Of a DNA stretch of 61,603 bases, positions 12,577 to 25,100 are shown piece by piece. The position numbers and the translations under genes were made by a program. Under the pieces are notes generated by a model. The model had not been told where the DNA came from, searched no databases, and saw nothing but the letters and a program-made list of their open reading frames with translations. Numbering within the stretch: the first letter of the stretch is position 1; each line of letters begins with the position of its first letter. Source of the DNA: Carcharhinus longimanus (Eukaryota); NCBI GenBank assembly GCA_030264375.1, contig JASCQW010000128.1:14390588-14452190 (forward strand), written 5' to 3'.

Positions 12577-14211
12577 TGACAGTGAACCTATCGGGCTTCT
12601 ACAACAATCCATAATTTCTGATGACGTTTCCTCATGATGGTAGCCCATAAATTGAAAACAGCATGCTGGATCACACTGCACCTTGCATTGTCTGTTTCTC
12701 TACTATTTGCACTGATGCTTGCGTCCTTTGCTGTGTAAAGGTATGCAAGATGGATCAAAGCAAACATAGTGTTCATCTGAGAAGCCCTGGTTTCTATAGT
12801 ATTGCTGGTATAAATAGGTCACAGTGCAATATTTGGTCCTGGATGCAACTTACAGAGTGCCTTTAATGTAGTAAATCCTCCTAAGGCATTTCACAAGAAC
12901 ATTATCAACCATAGACACTGAGCTGCATAAGAAACTAATATTCTGTCCACCTTAAGCATTGTGCAAAAATAATTCTTTCAAGATACAGACAGGAAAGTGA
13001 ACAATGATGGATTTGCTCCTGGTTAAGGCAAAAGTGAAATCTCAGAATTTCTAGGTGATTGCCTCCCCATTCTTGATGATGTTTTTCATGTTAAGATTTG
13101 ATTTCCCCATACAGCTTCCATGCCCTCTGAACAGATACTTCTCATTGCCTCATTTTACCCCTCAGTGGACAAAGAAATGTTTCATTTAGAGTAAAATTTC
13201 GAAAGTGCTGATTTTGTTAAGGTTTACTGCTTCAGATAACAACCTTTGTTTGCAGTGGATGTCCACGTATGTTGTCATTTTGAATGGCTTTTAAATAAAT
13301 CCAACAGGGTCGCTGTAACTTCAAGTCTGACACCAACAAAAGAAATACAATCTCTCTTGCATGTAACAGGAAATAATAGCTGGAATATGCCAGTAAATTG
13401 GGGAAATAATACTTTAGTGAAGTAGTGATAAAGAAGTGGAGGATGGGAATGCAAAATTAGGTCATGTCATTCGGTGTGGCGTTGCAGAGCGTGGCCTACT
13501 TCAGTTAACATCATGTGATGCTGTTCTAGATATCAGCAATCATTCAAGGCTCGAGGCTGTCCACATGGAGAGTCATTTTTCATGATGCAATGTCTTTGAT
13601 TGACTAGAGTTTCTCTGGGGACCAGAAACTATTTCCAGAGTGTTTAGTTTCAGCCAATTTCAGGGTAAACCTCTTCAGCATTTTGAAGAAGGTTGCCTGA
13701 GTAAACTTCTATTATTAAATGCAAGTCACTGTTCAATTTTCACTATAAAATTGATCAGTAGATGCCTTGCATTTGCATTGCTGTTGTGTTTATGCAGTGG
13801 TGGGACATTGTGGAATGCTGTGGGTAGAATTCTCCATTTTTTTCTTCCAAAGCGGGGTGGCGGCTGGTTCTGGCTGCACTCTTCCTGCTGGCTCGAATGA
13901 CGTGAGCTTGCGCCTAATTACTTGCTTGGTTATACACATGCCAGCAACTCTCTGAATCACCTGGCAGGTTAGAAGCTGATCCAACTGCCTACCATCAGCT
14001 AGTAAGTTCGAAGGTCCAGGCACCATATGTAAACCCCAGTCCAACACAGTCTTCACAAGATCATTCAGTATGTCCAGAACCTGGAGGCAAAAGGCTAGCA
14101 GTTTGAAAGTTCAACCACTATGCCCTCTACTTCTTGATTCTAGGAGCCCGGGTGCAGAAGGATGTCCCCTAAACAAGGGAAGGCTCCAGGAAGCACACCA
14201 ACCTTATTTCC

Positions 14212-14300
14212 CCTGCATGGAAGGCATTGCACAGGAGATCAATGCCAGAAGCACCATGCAGTGCAGGAAGTGGATGAATGATCTCATCCACTCCACCAGG
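14212..14300 (+). pseudogene. Myb/SANT-like (trihelix) DNA-binding domain remnant of Harbinger
   Basis: Frameshifted PAW + IAQEINARSTMQCRKWMNDLIHSTR fits the W..IA..+N...T..QCRK.+NDL pattern and is followed by a GT donor. Confidence 0.7.
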
Positions 14301-14363
14301 GTAAGCCCTCTCTGAGCTTCCCTCTGCTATCAAACTCTCACCCTGGCGTCATGTACTCACATA

Positions 14364-14457
14364 AAGAAATCCCACAACACCAACTTAAAGTCCAACAAGT
14401 TCATTTGTAGCAAATGCTGCAAGCTTTCGGAACAGGCTGTCCCTTCGTCAGGTGGCT
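14364..14457 (-). mobile_element. Penelope-type terminal fragment with hammerhead motif, nested in the Harbinger
   Basis: Reverse complement reads 'ccacctgacgaagggacagcctgttccgaaagcttg' (CUGACGA-stem II-GAAA-AGCU). Confidence 0.7.
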
Positions 14458-14941
14458 GGGAGTTCCCATCATGTACTCAAACAGATTTCATGCGTCCTTT
14501 AATGGGGGGCATATATTGTTCTCTCACAGATCACCATCATCCCACCTGTCATGTTGCCCACCTCCATCTTTTGCTCTTTCGGGTGAAGGCTCATCCCTTT
14601 GTATAGCTGGATTGTGAAGGGCACAGTGCACTGCAATCATGCAGGAAACCCTCTCTGGTACATATTGCAGAGAGCCATCTGTGAATCACATCTTCAGAAG
14701 TGCTGTAGTCTGCTCTGAGAGAATGTGTGGAGCTGTGAACAGTGTTGTACCTCCCTTTGCCACAAGTCTGAGGGTGATGCACTAGACATATCAATAACAG
14801 CATATTCCCAGCATCTACAGTACTTTGCTTTTGCATTCAGCAGTAAAACAAGAATTTGTTTCTTTCAAAACAATAATTTATTCATACAGAATTCTAAAAG
14901 ACAGTCGATTATCTCCTGTATTCCTTTTATCTGCGTAAGTG

Positions 14942-14980
14942 TCTGAATGGGTAGCCCTTATCTCCCAACCATCCCTGCAG
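14942..14980 (-). pseudogene. Harbinger DDE transposase remnant
   Basis: Translates LQGWLGDKGYPFR, matching the W(L)LGDxGYP catalytic-Asp motif of HARBI1/Harbinger transposases. Confidence 0.7.
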
Positions 14981-16452
14981 ACAATCTGGATCTAGTCGTT
15001 GTCTACTAGTGAGCCCATCACCTGCCCGGCACCAATGCCCCATGTAGACTTCTACCCACTACATCTGGAGTTTCCCTGTATCCACTACCAGTAAGCAATG
15101 TAGTATCCCTTTGACCCTCTGATTTGTGAATGTTTCACAGAGCCCCACCACCCTTCTCTAATCCAAATCGAACTTTGGTCTGTTGGAGTGGAAGGCCTGT
15201 CAGTCTAGCAGCACGATGCTGTCCATAAAGGCCAGCTGGGCATGGGGTTGGAGGGCACAAACCAGCCTGCTCCAGGAGAGTAACATTCATTGCAATGGGA
15301 GAAGCGGAACGTTATGGCAAGTAGGCTATGTATGTTGCACTCACCTTGAAATCTCCGGTGAACTGAGGTCCACCTTGTGCATTCCACTCTGTTTCAATCA
15401 GGTGATGTGATTTCCCACTGATATAATATGAGATTGGAAAACTTGATGTGATTCTGGCGAGCAGTTGCTTTAATGAGCATTCATGAAATGCAAAGGAATG
15501 AAAATGGCGCTCATGACAGCAGGCAGTGGGGACCTGACCTACCTTTAACCTTCCATCAGGAGAATGTCAAACTGATTTTACTCTGGTGCATTCCTGACTC
15601 CCGCTGGACTCTCTGCTTCTTCCCGCCATCAAACCCTCCGCCAGCAGGATGGAAAAATATTGCCCATTATGTCACAACATGAACTGTACAGGTATTTACA
15701 TTGAACAGACACAAGACAGCTTAGGGCAGTCCTGTGTGGTGAACTTAATTTTTCATCTTTGAAGGATGTCAGTCTGGAAAAGACATGAATGAAGTTCTAC
15801 ATTATCTTCTCTAACTGAGAACGATTGTTATCTTTCTTTTAATCCTGCTAATAACAACTTCATGTTACCGAGCCCTCCTTAGAATCTCGGTTAACAAAGA
15901 ACAAAGAACAACCCAGCACGGGAAACTGGCCCTTCGGCCCAACAAGCCCGCGCCGCCACATCACCCTACACCCTACAACTATTCTACCCTGCGTATCTAT
16001 CCAATAGAACCCCTGACTTAGCCANNNNNNNNNNNNNNNNNNNNNNNNNNNNNNNNNNNNNNNNNNNNNNNNNNNNNNNNNNNNNNNNNNNNNNNNNNNN
16101 NNNNNNNNNNNNNNNNNNNNNNNNACCCACGAGTGGCCCTCGGAACCTCCTTCTCCCTGATACTTTTCCTTTCACCCGCCTCTCTCCCAGCTACCTCCCC
16201 ACCCCCCCTTACGTTACAACAACTGAAATGGAATCTATCGATCCTCAATGGAGGGGACAAAAATAAAGCAATCTCAATTTGGGGTGATCTTCAATTCAAA
16301 GAAGAGTTGACCTGTGAAAAAATATTGAGTGTCGTGTTGTTGGGGGAAACCATGTCTGCACTTTGGCACCCAAGGCCCACCAGCTGCAGTTTCAAGTGGC
16401 CTGCACAAGGTGCATAGTATGCCCACCAGTTTCAATAGGGGATTGTTTTCCA

Positions 16453-16840
16453 GAATCATACAGTGCAGAAAAGACTCTTCGGTCCATTGGTACTGCACCA
16501 AAATGCGAGAACCACGGGAATTCCCAACTAATCCCATCTACCAGCACTTGGCCCATAGCCCTGAATGTTAAGATGTGCCATGTGTTCATCCAGGTACTTT
16601 TTAAAGGATTTGAGGCAACCCACCTCTACCACCCATCCAGGCAGCACATTCCAGACCGTCACCACCCTCTGGGTAAAGAAGGTTTTCCTCACATCCCCCC
16701 CCAAACCTCATCTTGAACCTATGTACCCTTGTGACTTACCCTTCAACTAAGGGGAACAGCACATCCACTCTGTCCATGCCCCTCATAATCTTGTACACCT
16801 CGATCAGTCACCCCTCAGTCTTCTCTGCTCTGATGAAAGC
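16453..16840 (-). mobile_element. CR1 (HER1-like) LINE 3' end
   Basis: 'ggcagcacattccagaccgtcaccaccctctgggtaaagaag...ccatgcccctcataatcttgtacacctc'. Confidence 0.75.
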
Positions 16841-16847
16841 AACGTTT

Positions 16848-17170
16848 AAGTGGCAAACACTGCTGCCTCACAACGCCAGGGACCTGGGTTCGATTCCTGG
16901 CCTGGGTCACTGTCTGTCTGGAATTTGCACATTCTCCCTGTGTCTGTGTGGGTTTCCTCCAGATATTCTGGTTTCCTCCCACAGTCCAAAGATGTGCGGG
17001 CCAGGTGCATTGGCCACGCTAAATTGCCCCTTAGTGTCCCGTGATGCGTAGGTTAGAGGGATTAGCAGTGTAAATATGTGGGCTTATTGGGATAGGGCCT
17101 AGGTAGGATTGTTGTCAGTGCAGACTTGATGGGCTAAATGGCCTCCTGCACTGTAGGATTTCTATGATTT
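16848..17170 (+). mobile_element. HE1 SINE, tail A
   Basis: 'cactgctgcctcacaacgccagggacctgggttcgattcc' + V-domain + 'gcactgtaggattctatga'. Confidence 0.9.
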
Positions 17171-18529
17171 ATCTTGATGGACGCATGAATGGGAGCTGAA
17201 CCGAGGGATAGAAACTGCATGTCACCATAGGTTTGGTGGGCCAAAGGGCCTGTTCCTCTGCTGTATTGTTCTTTCTTCTCTTTGTTTTTAATATTCCAGT
17301 TTGCTTCCTTAATTCCTTTAACAACATCTTAAATACTTCTGCAACTTCACGTCCTGGCTATGATTAGCTAACTCTGCAATGAACACTGAGAATCAAGATT
17401 ATTTGTCTGGATAGTCTTGTACAGGGTCTTAGAAGATCTTACATAACTTGAATAAGGAAGTGTCATTGTTCCAGAGACAGACAACACATTAGGGAAGCAA
17501 AGTTGGAGCCTTCATCTCATACATGCACATACCTGCTGCTGGCTTATGAAGTGAGTTGCCCTAATATTGAATTTACGGGAGTGTGTCAGACTGTCTCTTA
17601 GGAAACTAGTAATGAAAAGGTTGAAACCCAGAATGGAAAAATGGAAATAAATTGCTTATCTCTAAAGTACTTAGCAGGAGACATGGTAAGATATGTTTGA
17701 AAGCACAGAAAAACAAAAAAAAGCAGAAAATGTGAGAAATACTGTGAAGGTCATGCAGCATGTACAGAGGGAGAAACAGAGTTAATGTTTCAGTTCTGGA
17801 TTCAGCTGGGGTCAAAATGAAGGTAGGGTGGGGATGGGAAGGAAAGAACAAAGGAGAAAGATCTGTGGTAGGGTAGAGGGACATATGTGATTAAATGACA
17901 TTCAGTGACCTGTTTTGTGTGGTGTAAAAATCTTTTAAAACAATAAAACATTGTAAGATAATATATTTCTATTGTTTGTGGTTGACAGTGAAGTGGGTGG
18001 AGAAGGATCCAGTTGTCATGGTCCATGTGGGTACCAGAGCCATAGGTAGGGCAAAGAAAGAGTTTCTCCTGAGGGAGTATAACCACCTAGGGACTAAGTT
18101 TTGAAAGAAGTAGAAAAACAAAGGTAATAATTCTGGCAATAATTTGTTCTTGGCAAGACTGCATTGATTGCAATTTGCCAGGTGCCCTGAGAAGGTAATG
18201 GAAAATGCTGTTCTTGAACCATGGATGTGACATGAAAAGCTTTGTCGTATGCTTTACTTTCAAAGGAACCTTGCCACCCAGTGAAAGCTTTGTCCCTTGT
18301 TCATAAGTGAATCTGCTGTGGACCAACAATCACTGTTGCTTTGCTCCTTTTTGCTTTTCTTAGGCTGCAAAGTTCTAGCCCTCTGAATCAGACCTGTTGA
18401 AAAATAGGCAGCATTGCTGCTCCCTGAGGTCCGCAGTGCAGGATCATCATGGGTCGTGAAGCCACAGCAACCCAACCCCCGCCTTACACAGTACCATCTG
18501 CCGTATGTTTAACTAACCCGTCAAGGGCC

Positions 18530-18628
18530 TATCCTCTCTCCACAAATGCTGTGAGACCTGCTGTGATTTTCCAGCATTTTTTGTTTGTGTTTCATATTCC
18601 AGCATCTGCAGTATTTTGTCTTTGTTTA
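18530..18628 (+). mobile_element. Penelope-type terminal fragment (same family as the 21148-21403 arms)
   Basis: 'ctctccacaaatgctgtgagacctgctgtgattttccagcatt...ccagcatctgcagtattttg'; related pieces at ~17705-17795 (-), 45195-45275 and 57175-57262. Confidence 0.65.
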
Positions 18629-19199
18629 TTGTCTCTTTCAATAAACCTTGTTGTTAGTTTGAATCTCCGTGTGCAAAACATTTTTTTTGTTGAAACCCAC
18701 AACCACTAACATAGTTACGTTACGCAACCCCCCTTGCCCTTTGATTATTTATTATTTTTGGAACATTATTTGTATCTTCCGATGTCAAGACTGACACAAA
18801 GTATTTGTTTAACTTGTCTGCCATTTCCTAGTTCCCCATTATTATTTTTGCAGTCTTATTCTCACTTTGTTCACTTTGGTCTCTGTCTTCCTTTTAATAT
18901 GTTTAAAGAAGCTCTTGCTGTCCGCTTCTATTTTACTTACTTGTTTACCCTCGTAGTTTGTCTTTCTTTATTATTTTAGGTACTCTTTTGTTGGTTTTTA
19001 AAACTTTCCCAATCCTTCAATTTGCTAACAATCTTTGCCAGATAATATACTTTTTCTTCTAATTTAGCTTCCTTTGTTAACCATGTTTGATTTTTTTCTA
19101 CTTTCTAGAATCCTTCTTCCTCACTAGGATATATCTTTGTTGTGGCAATTCTATAGAAACTTGTCTAAGTGAAAGGACAAATTGATCAGGCTGGTAAAG

Positions 19200-19770
19200 T
19201 GGTATATGAGATTTTTGACTCTATTAATAGAAGGAAGGAAATTATGCTCAACCTTTATTAATGATTGATTCGGACCCAACTGAGCTATTGTGTCCAGTTA
19301 TGGACATCACACTTGTGGAAGGATGGTGAGTCCTTAGAAATGGTGCAGAGAGTTACCAGAATGGTATCAGGAATGAAAAAGTTCAGTTATGTGGAGAGAC
19401 TAGTGAAAATAGGATTGCTCTGTTTAGCATAGAGGGGGATATGGAGATTTTATAGACATGTTCAAAATCTTGAAGAGTTTTGATAGACTGAATAGGGATA
19501 AACTGTTTTCAATGTCGGTAATGAGAAGGGAAAGATTGAAAATAATCGGTGAAAGAGTCATTGGTGAGACTGGAATATTTTTAATGGGGCAAGATTTTGA
19601 GAGCATGGCCCATAAGGTGGATGCATATCCAATAATAACTTTCCAAAAGAAATAGGATACATACTTAAAGGTGAAGAATTTGCAGGGTTATGGGCACAGG
19701 AAATGGGACTAATTGGATTGATCTTGTCAGCACAGGAATGGTGAACAGTATGGCCTCCTGTGTGGCACAG
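19200..19770 (+). mobile_element. CR1 LINE 3' end, decayed RT C-terminus
   Basis: 'cggacccaactgagctattgtgtccagttatgg...aaggat...ttagaaatggtgcagag' (RPxLEYCVQxW...LExVQ motif, frameshifted) and CR1 tail. Confidence 0.8.
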
Positions 19771-19944
19771 ACAGGATGCGGTTAATTTAAATTGCCCTGA
19801 TATTCCAACTCTATCCATCCATGAACATGCGTTTTTTCCTCTGATTTTCCCCTTTATAAGTGGTAGCATATTTTCTCTAACTGTTAAAATTGGAAATGTT
19901 CCAATCCTCAATTAATGACTTACATAGCAACCTTAAAAAAAAGC

Positions 19945-20232
19945 TTATTTATTAGTCACAAGTAGGCTTACATGAACACTGCAATGAAGTTGCTGTGAAA
20001 ATCCCCTAGTTGCCACACTCCGGCGCATGTTCGGGTACGCTGAGGGAAAATTTGGCATGGCCAATCCACCTACGCTGCACACTTTTGGATTGTGGGAGGA
20101 AACCGGAACACCTGGAGGAAACCCACGCTGACATGGGGAAAATGTGCAAACTCCACACAGACAATGACCCAAGCCGGGAATCAAACCCGGGTTCCCGGTG
20201 CTGTGAGGCAGCAGTGCTAACCACTGTGCCAT
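19945..20232 (-). mobile_element. HE1-type SINE, full length, tail B
   Basis: Head 'ggcacagtggttagcactgctgcctcacagc', V-domain, tail '...gtgtggcaactagggattttcacagcaacttcattgcagtg...cctacttgtgactaataaataa'. Confidence 0.9.
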
Positions 20233-21147
20233 GAAGTAAGATGAAAGTAAAAAAGTTGATTTATTTTTTACATGTGCAGGAGATGGATTTTTCAATATCC
20301 ACTCCTTTATACACTTGCGCAATAAGTGGGGGGGTGTAAGGAAAAAAGGAAGAGAGTTCAGGGTATGACTACAATAAAATACAAGTACTGGTTTTACATG
20401 TGTCCAGATTACAGAATTAGAAGTCAACTGGAATGTATCTTCCAAGGGGCGGTTGGCTGATTGTAGAATGTTCTGTCTTTCCAGAGTGAGACCTGCAGAA
20501 CAGGAGAAGGCATGTCGAATAAGTTAGTTTGGAGATGTAAGCTCTGAGGTTCTAGCAGTTGGCAAGTTTGACGAGACTCTCAGTTCTTTCTGCTGCCACA
20601 AGCTTGATGTCAGACAGCACAGGCTGTTGCATGGAGTTCTGTGCACGGTGAGTGGTCAGACAGTAATTGTTGGAATTCAGTTCCGACAGACAATATCACA
20701 GCGCAACTTAAGGAGATCAGGTGATATACCTCCTCAAGGTTGGACACAGGATGACTAGAATCCTGAGGTTTAATTGGAGTTGAGATTTCTTGTGTTTTTG
20801 GTGACACTGGTGTTGGGTTAACTAACTGCTGCTCTCTTTGTCAAAACCATTGTGTTCAGACTGCTATTTTTCAGCCATGAGCATCATCATGGGAGATTAT
20901 GACCTGCAAAGGTTTTCCTTTGTTTGGAGGTAGCTGGACCAGGCACCCTCCCACTATGGCCATTATTACCTTGAAACTGCTGCAAGGCTATTTGTTAGCT
21001 CAGCAATTTTACACTTTTAATAATGGAGAAATAAAAGTCTTCATAAAATAGTTCAGTCGATGAACATATTCATCTTTCATCGCTCTACCGAGACGTGTTA
21101 ATGTATTATTCTCTGATTTTGGTGAAATGGAGCTTACGAAGAAATGA

Positions 21148-21403
21148 TAAAGGCAAAATACAGCAGATGTTGGAATCTGAAACAAAAAGAAAAAATGCTG
21201 AAAAATTTCAGCAGGTCTAACAGCATCTGTGGAGAGAGAATAGATCCAATGCTTTGAGTCTGGATGACCCTTTGTCAGAGCTGAAGGCAAAGAAAATTAG
21301 ACCAGCTCTGATGAAGAGTCATCCTGACTCAAAACGTTGACTCTATTCTCTCTCCACAGATGCTCTCAGACCTGTTGAGATTCTCCAGCATTTTCTGTTT
21401 CTG
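21148..21403. mobile_element. Palindromic Penelope-type element with two hammerhead motifs and 14-bp TSD
   Basis: Inverted arms; right arm 'ctgatga-a-gagtca-tcc-tgactc-aaaa-cgtt'; TSD ttacgaagaaatga (21134-21147) / ttactaagaaatga (21404-21417). Confidence 0.85.
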
Positions 21404-23105
21404 TTACTAAGAAATGACTCTCTTTGCACGTGCTCAGGTAGGAGTGCTGTGTTCCATATCACAGTATCTGCGGAACGTGTCTGTGTGCACTGAGGATTTG
21501 AGATGTCTTTGCATCAAAATGTTCTCTAGTTGGCACACTAATTCCCATCCTCTCAACCTTTTTAGTTTCCACTTGTATTGAATGTAGTTGCCACTAGGTT
21601 AGCAGAGGAAAAATACTGATAATGCAGAAACAAAGTCAAAGTGCAAAGGGATAGCAAAGATGTAGGAGCTGTCAAATGCTTTTATTGAGACCACTCAAAC
21701 TTTGTGAACAAGGCTAATGTCATGGGTGGATCTTCTCCAAAGCTTGAAAAGGTTGACCTGTGGCAGCTTGTAAAACAGGCTTTTGCTTATTCCCTCATGA
21801 ACACCCCGAATCCTGCCTTTCCCTCCCCCCAATAAAAATGCACAATATAGGATCAGGTGTCAGACCCTGATTTCCAGAGCCATGATCATTGCTTGCAGTG
21901 CTGATGCTCTCAGCAGGGAGAAGGCAGTAGTAAACCAACCTGTTTTATGCCTCCAGTGTCTTGCTCCCTGCTCCTTCTCATCGCTGGGGTCTGGTGTACG
22001 CTGAGAGGTTTACGATCAGTGGATGAACCTTTAATAAGCAGTGACCCTGGAAAAAGAAGCAAGACGCACTGAGACATTATTTCTGATGTCTTTCCATAGA
22101 ATTTAAATGCACTTGACAGCTACGGCAGCTAATTTACACTCTCCCCACACCCCACAATCCAGGAAGTATATGAGAAATGAGCATTTCCTTGATGTGAGGA
22201 AGAGGAATATTGACCTTTAACTTTCTTATTGTTTCCAATCAACTCATTAGAGTTTGGATTTACTGTGTTGTTTTGTATTCTGTACACATCGGGCCCATAT
22301 TTTATCAGTTGCTTGAATATTAATGGATGATTTTTGGACTGAGTGAGATTATGAATGTCCGCTTGTATAATTAGCAAAAGTATTGAACCTTCAATTAGAC
22401 TAAGTATTAAATTGTACAATAGCATTTTGTATTCATTGTGGTTACAGAAGCAGATTTCTAAACATGTTTTCCATTTAAGACTGAAATGAGGAGGAATTGC
22501 TTCTCTTAGAGGTGTTTGGAATTTCCTTTTCCAGCAAGTAGTGGAGGCTGGGTCATTGAACATTGAGCTGGATAGACCTTTGATTAACAAGGCAGTAAGA
22601 GTTTATGTTCTATCCCTGAATGTCCCATCAGGCAGAATTCCTCCAGTGATGGAGCCCCTCGAATTTTATTCAGGCACCTGGTTCAGAGGAACACATTGTA
22701 CAAAATCCTGATGGATTTTAGTTAGTACTGGCATTGGGCTGTCTTACATCAGAGAGTTTCTCTTTCGCTGTATTTGAGTGACAAATCATTTGAAAGTTTG
22801 ATGGTTTGCAGACGTGATAGTCTTTTCTCTACTGTCTGATTGCTCTGGCCTGAGTTCCTAATAGGGCTTCACCTCCTGATGACATATAGTTATTATAATT
22901 GCACTACACATCTTTAACCTTTCTTCTTGAGGGCATTTCAAAATTGATTACAGTTTGATGGCACTATGCTGATTTAATTTCTATATATGCGTAAGTAAGA
23001 CTTTTAACACTTAAATGTATAAATACGGATGGATCATGCTCGTTGAATGAGGATGATTTTCAGCATAAGTTTTATTTTAGGTTAGGTGGATTAGCCATAC
23101 ACCAT

Positions 23106-23630
23106 GGCACGGTGGCACAGTGGTTAGCACTGCTGCCTCACAGCGCCAAGGACCGAGGTTCAATTCTAGCCTCGGTCACTGTCTGTGTGGAGTTTGCATG
23201 TTCTCCCCGTGTCTGAGTGGGTTTCCTCCAAGTGCTCTGTTTTCCTCTAAAGATGTAGATATTGGTGGATTTGCCATGTTAAATTGGCACTTCGTGTCAG
23301 GGGGACTAGCAGAGTAAATATGTGGGGTTACAGGGATAGGGCTTAGGTGGGATTGTTGTCAGTGCCGATTCAATGGGCCATTGGCCTCCCTCTGCACTGT
23401 AGTGATTTTATGATTAAATTGCCCCTTAGTGTGCAGAAATGTGTAAGTTAGATGGATTGGCCATACTAAATTGCCCCTTAATATGCAAAGGTGTGTAGGT
23501 TAGATGGATTAACCATGGTTTCGGGGATATGGCAGAGTGGATGGCCTGGGTGATATGCTGTTTCGGAGATTTGGAGCTGACTTGATGGGCCAGATGGCCT
23601 CAGTCTGCACTGTAGGGATTCCATGATTCT
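23106..23630 (+). mobile_element. HE1 SINE (23106-23413) followed by a second partial copy with an internal tandem duplication
   Basis: 'ggcacggtggcacagtggttagcactgctgcctcacagcgcc' head; two tail-A ends; 'taaattgcccctta' repeated. Confidence 0.85.
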
Positions 23631-23714
23631 ACCTTAAGATATTTGGTGAACTCCCACACATCTATCAACATTTTGGATAATTTGGACTACCAATATTCTG
23701 TTTATTCTCGATAT

Positions 23715-24090
23715 CAGCTGTGGCTCAATGGTAGTAGGCCTGAATCAAAAGGGGTTCTCTGAAGTTCCACTCTATAGAATTCAGCACAAAATCTAGGGTG
23801 ACACTTCAGTACAATACGAGGGAGTATTGACAGTGCCACGTTTTGAGTGAAATGTTAAATAAAACCCTGCCTGACTTTCGAGTGCGCATAGCACTATCCA
23901 AAGAAACAGACGAAGGTATTCCCTGATGTTTAGGCTAATATTTACTCCTCAATCAACTGACTCTAGTCACTGATCTTATTGCTGCCTGTAGGAGCTTGCT
24001 GTGCACAAATTGGCTCATGAATTTCCTATGTTAAGAGAGTAACTGCATTTAAAATGTATTGGCTGTAATGTATTTTGGAACTTCCTGAGA
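23715..24090 (+). mobile_element. DeuSINE (SacSINE1-like), near full length
   Basis: 'cagctgtggctcaatggtag' head; Deu-domain 'aatatttactcctcaatcaac...ggagcttgctgtgcacaaattggct'. Confidence 0.8.
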
Positions 24091-24427
24091 TTGGAAGCAA
24101 GAAAAAAAATCTGCAGCCTTATCTTCAACTACAAATAATAGCCCGGAGACTTCATTGGGTAGACTTGGGTGGGGAGTTATTTCATAGCTCCATGATTTCT
24201 TTAGGATCTCAATGGCCTCACACAGTTAGAGAGCGACCACCGAATCCCCATAAAATCTTTTGCGTCATTACGTTTCAACAGTTCACTTAGTGAATAATGA
24301 AAAAATGAAAGACAACGTAGAATGATTTTTGTATCAATCTCGCGGATTTTTGTTTGTTTTAAAAAGGATATTTAAATGTTCAGGATAATGCAGCAATAGT
24401 TCATGAAATCAGTAAGAATAGTGATTT

Positions 24428-24645
24428 TTATTTATTCATTCATGGGACATGAGCATTGCTGGCTGGCCAGCATTTGTTGCCCATCCCGAGTTACCCTTAG
24501 TGGGCTGTTGAGAGTCAATCACGTTGCTGTGACTCTGGAGTCACATGTAGGTCAGACCAGATAAAGACGGCAGATTTCCTTCCCTAAAGGACATTAGTGA
24601 AACAGATGGGTTTTCCTGACAAACGACAATGGTTTCATGATCATC
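24428..24645 (-). mobile_element. tRNA-SINE 3' part (same family as 4940-5443)
   Basis: 'ttcattcatgggacatgagcattgctggctggccagcattt...ctctggagtcacatgtagg...atttccttccctaaaggacattagtga'. Confidence 0.8.
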
Positions 24646-24693
24646 AGATTGTGAAATTGTGAAAGTCATGAAAAACAAATAAGCCATATTAGT

Positions 24694-25100
24694 GTCAGCT
24701 TAGCTTAGTAGTAGCACTGTCTCATTTGAATCAGAAGCTCAGGTGTTCAATCCCACGCCAGATCTAGGCTGCCATTCCATTGCTATACTGAGCACAGGAT
24801 TGACATTGTAATGTTAAACCAAGCCTGTCTCATATGGTGAATTATGCGAGAGATCGCATGGCGTGATTTAGGGGAAATACAGGATAGTTCTCACCGACGA
24901 TATTTATTCATCAGCCAAACACCATTAAAATAGATTATCTGGTCATTATTACATTGCAGTTCATGAAACCCTATTGTGCACACACTTGTGTGTCGCTTCT
25001 CTATAATAGAGCAGTGAGTATATTTCATTGTCTGTGAATAATGCCTGATATGGATTGTTTGAACTCATGAAGAGTTCTATATAAATGCCTGTGCTTTCTT
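24694..25100 (+). mobile_element. DeuSINE (SacSINE1-like)
   Basis: Head 'tcagcttagcttagtagtagcact'; 'aaatagattatctggtcattattacattgc'; tail 'ctatataaatgc'. Confidence 0.75.

Larger units (their letters stand above)
13822..15665. mobile_element. Decayed PIF/Harbinger DNA transposon (Myb/SANT gene remnant on +, transposase remnant on -)
   Basis: Imperfect TIRs gggtagaattctcc / ggaaaaatattgccc; + strand PAW/IAQEINARSTMQCRKWMNDL then AGG|gtaagc; - strand 14980-14942 reads LQGWLGDKGYPFR. Confidence 0.75.

Noticed and set aside
12634-12738. 34-aa hydrophobic ORF MMVAHKLKTACWITLHLALSVSLLFALMLASFAV
   Set aside because: Hydrophobic short ORFs arise easily in T-rich DNA; no promoter, splicing or homology support is visible.
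20006-20224. Recurrent ORFs beginning MVSTAASQ.. or containing HCLCGVCTFS (also 16850, 23120, 37570, 38608, 41751)
   Set aside because: Chance open frames in HE1 SINE copies, not a gene family.
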